From assembly GCA_964016885.1 (NCBI GenBank), contig OZ024740.1, positions 139,562,001 to 139,626,000 of the forward strand: a stretch of 64,000 nt of DNA. The letters are read 5' to 3'. The notes under the pieces are model-generated. The model did no database searches, was not told the DNA's origin, and saw only the letters and a program-made list of their open reading frames with translations. This DNA comes from Eledone cirrhosa. Its lineage: Eukaryota. Below are positions 31,641 to 45,871 of this stretch, piece after piece (position 1 is the first letter of the stretch; each line of letters begins with the position of its first letter). The position numbers and the translations under genes were made by a program.

Positions 31641-32821
31641 CATACATACATACATACAATCATACATACATACATACATACATACATGCATACATACATA
31701 CATACATATATTATAGACATACATACACGCACACACATATACATACATACATATAGACATACAGGCATACAGACAAACATACATGTGGAGGGAGGGGGCA
31801 GATCTAAACAGTGAAGAACAAAGCAGGTCAATGCTAGAATATTTCGCAATAAGGTCAACATAAAGATATGGGGCAACAAGAAAGATGATATTACTGTAGG
31901 AAGGTAATTGAGTGGGAACGTTCGTGTGGGTCAAAGGTCAACAATATTATTTGGGGTCAACACAGGGATTTATATGTTGCCCTGTGAGTTTGTGTAAGTT
32001 TGTATGTATGTATGTATGTATGTATGTATGTGTGAATGTATGTATGTAAGTATTTATGTATGTATGTATGTATGTATGTATGTATGTATGTATGTATGTA
32101 TGTATGTATGTATTTATGTATCTATATATGCATGTATGCATGTATGTATGTGTTTATGTGTGTATGTATGTATGCATGTAGATATGTATGTATGTGTTTG
32201 TGTGTGTATGTATGTATGCATGTATGTATGTGTTTATATGTGTATGTATGTATGCATGTAGATATGCATGTATGTATGTGTTTGTGTGTGTATGTATGCA
32301 TGTATATATGCATGTATGTATGTGTTTATGTGTGTATGTATGTATGCATGTATAAATGCATGTATGTATCATGTATGTGTGCACTCGTGCGTGTAGGCGG
32401 ACGTGCATGTGTGTGTCTATCTATTTTTGTAGGGGTTCGTACGGGATGTTAAGAGCTAATGGAGCAACATTCACGTTTTACTTCCTTTAATGTCATGTCA
32501 TATTTCATAACATTGGGTAATTGTTGTCAGCCATGGTGACAGTAAGAGCAATTATATCGCGGAATATATTTCAGTATCTAGATTGCTGAAACCGTAAGAT
32601 TTTTGCCTCCTACATGTATATATATATATGTGTGTGTGTGTGTATGTGTGTGGGGGGGGGGGGGGGTATGTGTATGTGTGTGTGTGCATTGTATTGTATA
32701 CAGTGAGAGGAGATATTTAACTTAACAATTATTTGGTTTAATAGTTACGTATGTATGTATGTATTTATGTATGTATGTATCCATGTATGTATGTATGTAT
32801 GTATGTATGTATGTATTTATG

Positions 32822-33460
32822 TACTTCTGGTTTTATAATTTCACAAAGTTTTACCAATAGAGAGAGAGTCGGTTTCTAACATAGACACAAGACTCTCTCA
32901 TTGGAATTTACACAACATCAACTAGGTAGATATGTATGTATGTCTGCATGCATGCATGTGTAGATATGGATGTTATTGTATGTGTGGATGTGGATGTTTT
33001 GAGTTGTATGTGTGCATGTGTATATGCTTTGTATCTGTACATGTGTATATGCAGTTATTAAATGCAAAATTTTTGGAATGTTTTACATATTTTTACTGTT
33101 CCATTAATGGATTGTACTTGTAATTTCCTAACTAGTTGTGTTCTTTCTGTTCCTGTGAAGCCTAGCTTTTCAAGATTTGTATTGAGACAGTTACTAACAT
33201 ATCCCAGTGCCCCAATAATCACAGGCATAAATCTGAAGGGGTAATCAGGGTGGAGTATCTGCAGATTTTTAATCAGTTCTGCATAAATATTCTCATTTTC
33301 ACTAATCTTTGATATTATATTGGCATCTGCTGGGCAGCTAATTTCCACTACTGTGCATGTTTTCTTCTCCCTGTCCCATATCATAATATCTGGTCTGTTA
33401 TGCCTGCATTTTATTGGGGTTTTTACTGGAACATTCCACCAGTACTCTTTCATATTATGT
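32822..33460 (-). mobile_element. R4/Dong-like non-LTR retrotransposon 3' end (RLE domain + 3'UTR) in (TACA)n
   Basis: HNRPDIMIWDREKKTCTVVEISCPAD.NI...MPVIIGALG; the 3' end runs into (TACA)n. Confidence 0.8.
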
Positions 33461-33596
33461 ACATTTGAGTTATATATGTGCATGTGTATATGTTTTGTAA
33501 CTGTATATGTGCATGTGTATATGTTTTGTAACTGTACATGCAGTTATTACATGCAGGTATGTATGTATGTATGTATGTATGTATGTATGTATATAT

Positions 33597-34204
33597 GTCA
33601 GGTCACCACTTGGTGCTACTGGTAACATGTATCCCAGTACAACCTGTCTCATGGTCGGGTCGTTGGCGACTAAACTGGCAACCCCACCAAGGTTTCTTGG
33701 TGAGGAGGGTGACTTTGGACATCCTGCAGGACTAAAAACAAAACCTGTCAAAGGGCAAAGGAGCTCTTAAGAGTCAATGGCCATCCAAAATCACTGGGAG
33801 AGATGACCCCTTAGCCTTTGTCAAGGCAGAATTCTAGGAGAAGGAAAACTCTGATATAACACCTGCAACCCTGATGGTATCCAATGATGTTGACTTGTTC
33901 TTCTTTTTGGTAAATATCATCTTGGTTAAGAGAGTGGGACTGGCTTTGTGCAGTGCCTTTGCTCACTATAAAAGCTTCATGGCACAGGCATTGCTTTGTA
34001 TCTGGAGATCTCTCTGCACTTGTCGTCACATGGTACCAAAGGTAAAGCACTATGTGTCAATAATTGTCACAAGTGTAGTGTTTGTACCAGAGTTTTCAAG
34101 TCGCTGGCTGGACTAAAAAGTCACACTCGTTCAGCGCATCGGTAGGGGTTCTCCTACATGGATATAAAGTAGTGGCCGTACTCGAAAACGAGTTGGCAGC
34201 CACC

Positions 34205-34205
<1 letters not shown>
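33597..34205 (+). mobile_element. Non-autonomous RTE-derived element, full-length ~610 bp, (ATGT)n tail
   Basis: Four copies in the window, no coding ORF, flanked by (ATGT)n. Confidence 0.75.
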
Positions 34206-34237
<32 letters not shown>

Positions 34238-34619
34238 TGTATGTATGTATGTATGTATGTATGTATGTATGTATGTATGTGTGTATGTATAGCGCGGGCA
34301 CATAGAAATAATCGGGCTGGATACCCAATCGCGCGGTTAAACTATTGGGAGTGAAGGACCTCTAGCTTTTGTCAAGGCATTCTTCTAGGAGAAGGGAACT
34401 CAGGAAACTGGGATAACTCCGACATAAAACCTGCGGCTCAGTAGTTACCGATGATGTTGATCTTTTCTTCTTTTCGGGTTATAGCTACTGTCGCTCAGAG
34501 AGTGGGATTGGCTCAGTGCACAGTCTTTCCTCACAGGCATTGCACGATAGCATTAATTGATAATTATTAATAATGTTATATCGTGCAATGACCATACTCG
34601 ATAACGAAGGGATAGCCAT

Positions 34620-34675
<56 letters not shown>

Positions 34676-35361
34676 AGCTCCTACCTGTTGGTGGAGTCGT
34701 TGGGACGCCGTAGTGCAATATGACGTGTCATGGATATTTTCTAACCTGACGGAGTCCATCCAGTTACCATGTCTGACTCCTTCCATAGAAGGAGGGAGAG
34801 GAAGTATGAATGAGATACAGAGAATGAATCAAACCCAGACCCCGAAAGGATGAAAGGCAATGTTGATCTCTACTGAATTTCAATCTAAAGCACAGTGAGA
34901 CGGAAAAAATACTGCAAATTATTCTATCCGAAGTTCCCACAATTCTGCCAATTCGCCGCCTTTTGAAGACAGTACAAGGTTCGCTCATATTTATCGCTTA
35001 GATAAGGTAAGGAGGGAAATATTTTTATCAAAGCAGACAGGAGGTAAAACCGGTGTAAGACCCATCATCATCATCATCATTATTCACCTAGAATGCTTAA
35101 GATAAAATCTAGGGGATTTGAGAAATTCTATTGTTACAAAATCAAAGGGAAAACTAGTCTGTTGACATTATCCACAAAAACGTTTCCACGATAACAATAA
35201 CAAAGACAGCAACAACGATAACAAAGTCAACTATAACAACAACTACGCCAATAACAAGTACAACAATAATATCCCATAACAGAAGAACAACTTCTAATGA
35301 TTTTCGACATATAACAATAACAACAAAGCAGTTCTTTAGATCACAAGTTCACCCAGCCCAC

Positions 35362-35406
<45 letters not shown>

Positions 35407-35499
35407 TCGTGGAATGTTTGCCACGAGATTCGCCTGATCTCGTCCCATTGTGTGCGATGGCGAGTAAAGACCGATCCTTTTACATTGAAAGGCAGAATC

Positions 35500-35930
35500 T
35501 TCAAGCACGTCTACCAACAGGTCCTGTCAGAAGCAACCGTCTCCAGTTGATCCGGCTGGATCCTTAAGCAAGACCAGCCGAGCTCATGGATGTTATCCAA
35601 CCATCTTTCTCGGGGTCTGCCCCTGGTCCTCGTGTCGGTTGGTTTTGCCAGTTAAATCTGTTCAGGGACATTCTAACCTCATGCCAATAATATCGGGGCT
35701 GTGATCTCTCATTTAGGAGAAGTAGCGGCTCTACCTGGAACGAACCTCTGATCTCCGAGCTACACATTCTATAGTGTAACGTTATTCCCAAGAAGCTTCG
35801 GAGGAACCACATTTCTGCAACCGTATTCCTTCTGTCCTTAACCAAGATTCATGACCATAGATTGGAGTTGGCACGAATACCGAATTGAAGATAGCAAGTT
35901 TGGCTTTTATAGGTATTTCCTTTCCGATGA
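35500..35930 (-). mobile_element. RTE-clade LINE 3' fragment
   Basis: AEMWFLRSFLGITLHYRMCSSEIRGSFQVEPLLLLNERSQPRYYWHEVRM. Confidence 0.8.
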
Positions 35931-36133
35931 CCCTGTTAACACATTATATAACAAAGGCCTACTGGAAAATAGTCTTTGAAAGTATCAATACATTCATACG
36001 TTTATACAAACATGTGTGTATATGTAAGTGTATATATATATGTGTGTGTATGTTTGTGTGTGGGTGTGTGTGGGTGTGTGAGGGTGTGGGTGGGTGTGGG
36101 TGGGGGTGGGTGGGTGTAAGTATCTATGTATAT

Positions 36134-36170
<37 letters not shown>

Positions 36171-36401
36171 GATGGGGAGAGGCGTTATAACATTCAACAC
36201 CAGAAACCTTGTGATTTAAGAATCTTCCGTTTCTAAGCATTTAACCCAACAATTAAGATAACGCGCCCTCATAATGTATGTGTTTGTATCTATCGACCTA
36301 TCTGTTTTTATCTATCTATCTATTCACCTATATATCTATTTATATACCTATCTATCAATCTATCTATTTACCTATCTATCTATCTATCTATCTATCTATA
36401 T

Positions 36402-38224
36402 ATGCCCTCGTGGGCAACCTGGTGGGAGATGCGCAGACATGCGCTATCCCGTCCAGGTCCATCCATGACAACCTCCACCTCATGCGATACATCATAGAGA
36501 GGGTTGGGAACGAACCCGGCTTTGGTGGGGCTCTGATCAACTTGGATCAATCTAAGGCGTTCGATAGGGTCGACCATGGTTACCTGGATGCGGTGCTAGC
36601 GGCGGCAGGCTTCGGACCCGTTTTCAGGGGCTGGATCACTGCTATGCACAGCAGCCGCATCTGCTCTAGGGTCAAGGTGAACGGCTACCTCTCGGAGCCG
36701 TTCAAAATCACGCGGTCCATCCGACAAGGGTGCCCTCTCTCCTCCCTTCTGTATGTGTTGACTCTCGAGCCACTACTGCGGAAGTTGGAGTTGTTGCAGG
36801 GCATCCCTTTGGAACCGGGATTGCGGAAAGCGGTGTCGGCCTACGCCGATGACGTGACAGTAATGGTGTCGACGGCCTCCAAAATCGAGGCGGTCGGCAC
36901 CTTACTGGAGGAGTACGAAAAGTTCACAGGGGCTAAGCTGAACCGGGACAAGTCGATCGGTTTGCAACTCGGCACGTGGAGGGGCAGACCGATGCCCTCC
37001 GATAGCGTCGTCGGACGCTGGACGGAGGGCCCGGTGAAGTTGCTCGGGGTCTGGTTCGGACCGGACCTCCAGGTGGAGAAAAACTGGGCGGAGGTTACGA
37101 ACAGGGTGTTTGCACTGACCCAGAAGTGGGCCAGTTGCAAACTATCCCTGAAAGGTCGGGCGGAGGTGGCGAACACCTACATAGCGTCCGTCATCTACTA
37201 CCGCCTGACCGTAGTGCCCTGCCCAAGGGAAACCCTCACCAAGATGGAGCGCGCGTTCTTCCAATTCCTTTGGAAGAGGCGGGCTCCTATGGTGAGGAGA
37301 TCCATCTGCTGTCAACACCCTTCGAAAGGAGGGCTGGGGATGCCGTGGCTAATGATGCGTAAACACGCATTAAGGCTACGGCACCTCTACGTATTCCTCA
37401 CCGGACAACCGGTGTGGGCCTCGTTTGTGAGACGAACCTTTCCCAGACTCGTCTCACTCACCGAGCTGCAATCCTGGGTCAAGCAAAGACCGAGAAAACT
37501 GGGCGCCTGGCACACTGAGTGTGCCCAGGCGCTCACCGCCCTCTGGCAGGCGGATCCGGTTGTCAGTGGAGACTCCACCGCAACATTCTATAGAGGGCTG
37601 GTACGCAGCAGGTGCGACGACGCCCTCGGAGAAGCCCTAGACATGGAGGAGGACGAACTGGCCAGCCTGTTCGGTAGGACATTCAGCCCGGGACCTATGG
37701 ACAACTTCCAGAAGTCCCTGGCCTGGCAGTGCTACCGAGGGGCTTTACCCGTTCGAGAAAGGCTCTACAGACACGAGCGCCCGGGTAGGGACCCCGCCAA
37801 AAAGATCTGTCCCAGATGCGTGTGCGACGAGGAAACCGTTGCACACGCATTAGTACACTGCTCGGGCGTAGCCGATCTGTGGGGCTATGTCGAACAACTG
37901 CTGTCAAGGGTGGGACCGATCCGGTTGACCACCGAGTCTATTGTAATGATCAAGCCGCCTCCCCCCTTCAAAGATGAAGCAGAGGCGGTGTTTCTGTGCG
38001 TAATAGCCATGGCGAAAGAGGTTGTATGGTGGACGCGTCTGAAAGGACTGAGGTCGGGCACCTTTCTCTCTGGCCAACAACTGGTCCGTTTCTTCCGATA
38101 TCATTTCGGAAGAAGGATCAGGATGGAGAGAGAGGTGCTGCACCCCAGCCGTTTCTATGAAAGATGGGTGAAAGTGGCGAGAATGGCCCGTGTGAATGGG
38201 CCTTCACTCTACATCAGACTATAG
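36402..38224 (+). CDS. Reverse transcriptase + C-terminal CCHC zinc knuckle (5'-truncated ORF2, ~607 aa uninterrupted)
   Basis: LDQSKAFDRVDH, RQGCPLS, AYADDV, LSLKGR, CPRC..EETVAHALVHC. The N-terminal ~41 aa of the track ORF are microsatellite. Confidence 0.88.
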
Positions 38225-38487
38225 GTGAGGAAGATGAAAGACCAAGGGAGCACCCCTTCTCTGTGCTCCTGAGGAGAAGGGTTGCACACTTTTTTCGGGG
38301 GTGTGTGCGACCCCCCAAGGCGCCTCCTCTCTATTGAGGATTTTGTTAAAAATTTTATTTTTTGTTATATCTTATTTTATTTTTATATTTTGTTATTGCC
38401 TCCTCCTTATTGAGGACGCCTTTTTGTGTAAACTCCCCCCTTTGTATTTGTCCCACTTTTGATGCCCTAGTGGCAAATAAAAGAAAT
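36402..38487 (+). mobile_element. Tx1/L1-superfamily LINE, 5'-truncated, inserted in (TATC)n
   Basis: GC-rich open ORF2 fragment, 3'UTR, AATAAA near 38476, TATC repeats upstream and a short tatctat downstream. Confidence 0.9.
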
Positions 38488-38793
38488 ATATCTATATATT
38501 CCTTAACCTCTCAACCATGTATGTACCTACAAACGGGCACACATATACATACACACGCAAATACCCACACACATACATTCATGTGTATGTGTGTGTGTGT
38601 GAAATAAGTAACATATATACGGTACAGGGAGTGTGAAAGCAAATAGAAAATAAATCCAAGAAAAACAGAAAATGACTTGAACTTGAGACCAGTTTTCATC
38701 TGTCTCTCGGATACCATCATGGTTTCGACACCTTTCTGTAGACAGTACAATATCCCTCGAGGGCAACATGGAAAGAGAGGGTGAATGAAAGAT

Positions 38794-38848
<55 letters not shown>

Positions 38849-39070
38849 AGAGTGATAGAGAGAGAAAAAAAACAAGCATAGAACTCTTGATAGTGAATCA
38901 TGTATATTTTGTCTGGTTATTATTGTAACGTTAAAACTATGTTATAACAAGACATTACACATTGCTCACATAAATTCTGTAAACGGAATAGAAGATATAT
39001 GAAAGTCTTTTCTAAAGTTCAGCATGTAACTCTTCATATTTGTTGAAATCTAAATGCCAGCAATGGAGCA

Positions 39071-39160
<90 letters not shown>

Positions 39161-40493
39161 CGTGTGTTGTTGTTGTTTTATTTTGGTTTCGGTTGCTTGT
39201 TTGTTTGATTTTCTTGTTTTTTTGTCAGACACCAGCGTTTTCTTTATAGGAAGAATCTAAAGAATTATAAATGAAAAATAACACATACACACACATATAC
39301 ATACATAACACATACACATACATATATACAATACATACATTCATACAATCATACATACATACATACATACATACATATTCTTTTACAACCTTGCCACCAG
39401 GAAGGTGGCCGGTCAAAAAAATATACTCGAAATTAAGAGAAAGAGAAAACATACATACATTGACGCATACATAAGAAATTGATGTTAAGAATATAATTAA
39501 GCAGTAAAAATATAGGGAAGGTGTTCTGCGATAAGGTGTTGTATATATTGTACTGGCGTGGTGCGGTATAAACATACATACATACATATATGCATGCATA
39601 CATACATATCTACACACATACATACATACATGCATACATACATACATACACGCATGCATGCATACATACATGAATACATATACACATACATACATACATA
39701 CATGCATACATACATACATACATGCATACATTCATACATACATACATACATATACACATACATACATACATGCATACATACATACATACATGCAAGCATA
39801 CATTCATACATACATACATGAATACAAATACACATACATACATGCATACATACATACATACATGCATACATTCATACATACATACATACATATATACATA
39901 CATGCATGCATACATACATACATACATACATACATGCATACATGCATACTTACATACATACATATATACATAGAGACATACATACCTACATAGAGACAAA
40001 GCACCCCCAGAAATATGGACAGACAGACGAATCAATCAGGCAAACAAACAGACAACACATTCAATTGGAAACAGTGATCAATTCGGAGACACAAGTCTTC
40101 AATCCTATCATTTTCCATCAAAAATAACTAAGCAGACAATAAAGAAAATTAGCCACAACATCCCGAATCATTTCTTACGACATGGTAACCATCTTAGAAC
40201 TCTACTGGACAAATAAAAGACTGTGGCGAACAAGAGCAATGACTATGTCTATAACAACAACGGTATAAAATGACGAAAAGAGCAAAATAAAACGACGAAA
40301 AGAGCAAAAATACCAATGACGATAACAACAACAAAAACGTTGGCGAAGAAAAAAAGAAAACCGATGTTAAAAATACATTTAAAAAGAAGAAATATAGGGA
40401 GATATCTGTATGGTGAGGTGTAGTTGTTGTAGTGGTGAAATTTTGTATAATGTGATATGGTACAGTATGGTCTAGTGTAGTATATTTATATTG

Positions 40494-40720
40494 TGGTGGT
40501 GAAGGGCGGTGGATTGGTAGTATCAGTAGAGAGTCGGACACCATGCTTTGCAGTATAGAGTTACTGTCCTTTACGGTCTGAGTTCAAATCCCGCCGAGGT
40601 TAACTTTTCCTTTCATCCTTACGGGCTCGATAAAATAAAGTACCAGTAACGTACTGGGGACGATTTAATCGATTTTCCCTCCCCCAAAATTACTGGCCTT
40701 GTGCCTATACTAGAAATCAT
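40494..40720 (+). mobile_element. tRNA-derived SINE
   Basis: ggcggtggattggtag...ctgagttcaaatcccgccgagg...tttcatccttacgggctcgataaaataaagtaccag. Confidence 0.85.
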
Positions 40721-42169
40721 ATATTGTGATATGGAGCAGGTTGGTGTGGGGTAGTGCGATATGCTGTGGTATAGTGTGATATATGATGTAGGAAAGTGTA
40801 GTATATTGAGCCAATGTATGGTGTGCTGTAGTGGGGTACGTATAATAATATACAGTGATGTATTGTGGTTTGTTGATGCTGTTGATTAGCCAGAGGTCAA
40901 TGTTAATTGACTGGATCTATTATTAAAGGTTTCCAAAGGGGATCATTTTCACAGTCATGATTCTATGGATATGTAGGTTAATTTGGCTGCTATTTCTAGC
41001 TAATCAAAAAAACGTGCAACGTCACCCTCGTTGGTATGTGTAATGTAGGGTGTAAATAGGAGTGTAAAAGATAAACGATAATGGATTTGGTTTATGAAAG
41101 TAGGGACTAGTTAGGGTTTGGGGAGAAAAAAGAAAAAAACTGCGCAAACAACGTAGTTCATTGTGTCAGTGTTTTAGTTATTAAAATATCTGGTTTATAT
41201 AGGATATGTGATTATGTGGTTTAGGTTACTGCTGCTGCTAGTACTGTTGTTGATTTCGTTGTTAAAGTAATGTTATTGTTGTTGTTATTCTTGTTGATGT
41301 AGTTCTTTATAATCTTATAACAGCTGTGGATGGTAGTGTAGTTGTAACTCTAATACTAACTATAGTTGTGGATTTTGTTCTGGTGTTGTTGTTGATGCTG
41401 TGGCTACTGTTGTTGTTATTGCTGTTGTCCTTCAATAATCATCTTTGAATACATTAGAATGGTTATTAACAGAATTGGCGTAATATGTGATAATAGAATC
41501 GTCCACGGTGGCTTTCAGAGTGGCTTAGAAAGTCACTTGGCAGAGACGTTAAAGGATACGACAAAGTGCTTTGCGATATTTGTTCCGTCCCTCTTTGCTT
41601 TGAATTAAGTTCTAATCCCGACGAGATCAACATTACTTTTTATCCTTTCTGTGTCGATAAAATAAAATACAACTGATGGACAGAGGATTAACAAAATTGT
41701 TAAGACGTTGAACAGAGTACTTAGTGTTATTTGTTCAGTCTCTTTGTGTTCAAAGTCGATGTGGTAGTTTTAAACCGTCACTTGCTTTAACACCATCTAG
41801 ACTTTGGGTACCATTAACGGAGTTAACTTAGTTGCAAGTATTCGGGACACATCTCCAGTTTAAGTATACCTTCCTCAATTCCTGCCAACATTAATGGAGG
41901 CTGTAAAAAAACTATATGGTTGTAGGTGCTCTAAAACAATTTATAAAATGAGAGAAGCGGCGTTCGGTGAGGAATATTCAGTATCTACACGAATGTCCAA
42001 ATAAACCATTGAAACTCTTATCTTGGCTGGGTCGTGTGTGCATCACGACTTTGTTTCTTTTGTGTTATGTTTTCACCATAAATCCTTCCTTGAACTGGAG
42101 CGAATTTTCTCTCGCATTCATTTCTTAACACATCGTTGGGGAAATAATTGACCAGAGTTTCCAAGTAAA

Positions 42170-42360
42170 AAGGAGCCGCTGAAGAGGAAGTCAAAGGAAG
42201 ACTTGGGCTGGAGTGGAGAAAGCTGATCTCAAAATGGTAAACCCTACAACGGAGATGAAAAAGAAATTGACAGGTGGAGAGATGCTGTACGGGAGAGGAC
42301 TTGTGTAACCCAGAAAAACGAGGAAAAACGAACGTAAATATGACGATAATGATGATAGTA
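42170..42360 (+). mobile_element. RTE-like LINE extreme 3' fragment
   Basis: RGSQRKTWAGVEKADLKMVNPTTEMKKEIDRWRDAV resembles the GRPRKTW...DRxxWR terminus. Confidence 0.5.
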
Positions 42361-43150
42361 CCAGCAATATTAGAGGAATGTACGTTACACGCATAAAACA
42401 ATAATGGCCGGCTTTCGTCTTTACTTTCTTTGTTGATGATTAAAGGAAACAAGAAGTGTTCAAGATGCTGAACATCGCAAAGAAGATGACAAAGGAGAGT
42501 TGGATGGTGCTGTAGTAAACAAGACTCGTCTAACTACAATATAAACATAGAAAGACGGACATAAAAGCGATAATGTAATCCAGTGAAATAATGTATGTAA
42601 CGTTTCATAAAGTCTGTGTAGGCGTTTTTCTCTCACTCTTTTTCGCGTTTGTGACCTTCCTAACAAATCCTCTCTTCTTGTTCTTCATAGATGCTTTGCT
42701 ATTTTGCTGAGAGAAAGAGTGAATGAGAAATACAGAAAGATTGTGCGTAACAGAATAGTCTGAGAGGGAGAGGTGGAGGAAAAGTGAGGGATCAAAGAAA
42801 GACTAAAAAAGGTCGAAAAACGGTGTTTGGCGTCAAAAGAATATTACCATGTGGTCATATTGAATAGGAGAGACAAATACTGAAAGAACGAGGAATAGAC
42901 ATCGGTCATATTTCTTTTGTCTTAAGTTTGATATATTTACAACAAATGAAAGTCATATATCGACATACTTTAATAAAATATGAATCCACTTTCTCAACTA
43001 CGTATAATTAGATCCAATGGTCAGTTACCCATTCTTCTACGAAACTCCCAATCTCTTTCATTTCAATGCATCTATTTTCGGGGCTTTAAACTCTATAGAG
43101 TTTTCTTCCATGTCTTCGCATAAGTCGTGCATACAAACAACTTTTAATAT

Positions 43151-43228
43151 ACAGGGTGTCTCAAAAAATGTATACACACTTAAACAGCATTCTAATAAAA
43201 GTAGGTATACAATTTTTGGGACATCGTG
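43151..43228. mobile_element. Tc1/mariner-type MITE remnant
   Basis: TA-cagggtgtctcaaaaaatgtatac ... gtatacaatttttgggacatcgtg-TA. Confidence 0.6.
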
Positions 43229-43239
43229 TACACACACAC

Positions 43240-43304
<65 letters not shown>

Positions 43305-43630
43305 TCGCTGTCAGTTTTGACAGCACGTCCCTACTAGTACTAGAAGAATATAAATTACAAGCAAAAACAACAATGGACGACTTTCTTCTTTCTTTGCTTT
43401 CGCACTGATTAAAGGGAACAAGAAACAAGGATTCAGTTTCTCATCGTCTGACTTCCCACATTCCTCCCACAGACTCTTCCTTATTATTTGTTTATCCTAA
43501 GCTTTGGTATGTGGAAAATGTCTTCGTTCGATAGCAATGTTTGTATTTACGTACATGTGAGGATTATGTATATATGCATGTGTGTGTATGTGTGTACATG
43601 TGTACATCCATCCACTACATACATACACAC

Positions 43631-43678
<48 letters not shown>

Positions 43679-43871
43679 GTTCGTCTCCAATGCAGAGTAT
43701 CTCCTGTAAATCACATCTTGTCGCTGCATAGTCACCGACTAAACCGTCAGCCCCCTCATGCCTATGTGGTAAACAGGGTGATTTGGGGGACAACTCGCAG
43801 GACGAAGAACAGGAGACTCGTTGAACATCCAATTGTGTATACACACTCTCACGCGTACACTCCCTCTCTCT

Positions 43872-43905
<34 letters not shown>

Positions 43906-45336
43906 CATATATATAAACAAATATACGCCCTAGTAAAAGAACAAAATCTTGAATGATAAGCGAAGTATTTACATAAGGATGCAATGTAGATAGATTATAC
44001 ATGTATATATACATGTAAGTACGTATATTATATATTTATAATTACCTAATCGAAAGGTAATTATCAAACAAAACTGTCCGATAGGCAAATTTGTTTTACC
44101 TTCCTATACCACCATTTTCATATCTATATATCTGTCTATCTATCTGTCTGTCAGTTTTTCTATCTATTTATCAGTCTGTCGGTTTATCTCTTTATCTTTC
44201 CCTTTAATAGTGAGTTTGTCTATTTCTCTGTCTATCTAACTAGCTGCTCAATGTTGCCATTTTTTACAAAGATAAACGCGAAATAGAACAAAGGTGCGCT
44301 AAAAAGTGACAATATTTTTTCAAAGGAACTAAAAAACACGCTAATATAAAACAGTTTTAACACTTAGAGTGACTATTGATAGGGGGGGTGCAAATTTTCG
44401 CTGCTAAACATATAAAACAGATTTTTAAAAAAAACCCATAAATATGATTGACTTTAAAAACCAGTTATGAGTGTGCTCAATCATGTGCTCCAACATGTTA
44501 AGAGTTACAACCGGCAGATACATCAGCAATGGAAACATTGTTTCCTTAATACGATGTGATGATCGAGTCCCTTCTTTTATTTTAAATATTCGTCATCATT
44601 GCTTTGTTCATCTGTTTGCTTTCTCTGGCTGATTTGTTTTCTTCTTGATTTACCTGAAATTGGGTGTGGTGTGTATGTGTGGACGCGCAGGGTTGTTTTT
44701 AACATGCGCAAACGCACATCAAATGTTTATGCATGAATTCACAAAGTGTCGTAGAGTTATCCGCAGGTGATTGTATATGGGAATGTATGTGAGCAAAACT
44801 GTTCGATAAGATAATATCGCAGTGTATGTACACCTGCCACCAAAACTTCAAATTTTAAGAAATTAAAAGTAAGTTTTCTCCCATAACCTTAGTAAAATAA
44901 ATTAACACACACATAATTATATATTTTACGGACTCGATAAAATAAAGTACCAGTAATGCACTGGTTAATTTGCTGGCCTTGTGCAAAAAGTAGAAACAAT
45001 TATATATTTCACTTAATAATATATAGGAAAACATTTACAGCGATCCCATAAACATACCGAACTCCACACCCAAGAATAAAAATATGACTGTTATTTGCAG
45101 GTAAAAATTATCACGAAAACTTGACAGTATTAACATTGAACAAAACTAACAACAGTGATTTACACCAATAATACCATGTTAGTACACCGAAGAAGTTTAG
45201 CAAACTTCCAACTCGCTTTGCTGAAACATCATAGCTATGCTGTGAGTTAATGGTTGAATAGAAAAACTTATATGTTTACTCTACAATTTATTGAGTTCTC
45301 CTCCCTTCTGGGCTACCATGATCAATAGATCTGAAC

Positions 45337-45429
<93 letters not shown>

Positions 45430-45450
45430 TAAGTGTGTGTGTGTGTGTGT

Positions 45451-45690
45451 GTAGTAATAAACACAGTAAATCGTGTGTCTAAAATTACGAGGGTTGAAAT
45501 ACCACGTTGGTTTGACAAATTTAACCTGAAGCAAACGGAAAATACAGAAAATATACTGACCGTCTCAATATTGAGACGGTCAGTATATTTTATTCTGTAT
45601 TTTCCGTTTGCTTCAGGTTAAATTTGTCAAACCAACGTGGTATTTCAACCCTCGTAATTTAGACACACGATTTACTGTGTTTATTACTAC
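45451..45690. repeat. Near-perfect spacerless 240-bp palindrome
   Basis: Centre ...gaccgtctcaat|attgagacggtc... at 45569/45570. Confidence 0.92.
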
Positions 45691-45823
45691 ATATATTATT
45701 ATATGATGCTCAGTATTTATACTTTGAGCTTGTTAATTACAGGGTATCAATATGAGTTATTAACTCTGCCTTTTATTTGTGTGTATATATATATATATAT
45801 TCTATTACGGCTTAATAGTGAGT

Positions 45824-45871
45824 CTTGTTACTCGGGAGTTTCACCGGCTTATCACATGGTCATCAGGCAAG
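45824..45871 (-). ncRNA. Hammerhead ribozyme-like motif (slightly degenerate), family F5
   Basis: cttgc-CTGATGA-ccatgtgataagccggt-GAAA-ctcccgag-TA-acaag. Decayed homologue at 17930-18050. Confidence 0.6.

Noticed and set aside
33597-33690. HDV-like ribozyme at the 5' end of the 600-bp element
   Set aside because: Could not fit the nested double pseudoknot by eye.
44580-44654. Possible minus-strand terminal exon (tttcag|GKSRRKQISQRKQTDEQSNDDEYLK*)
   Set aside because: Short, no recognisable homology, and no supporting exons.
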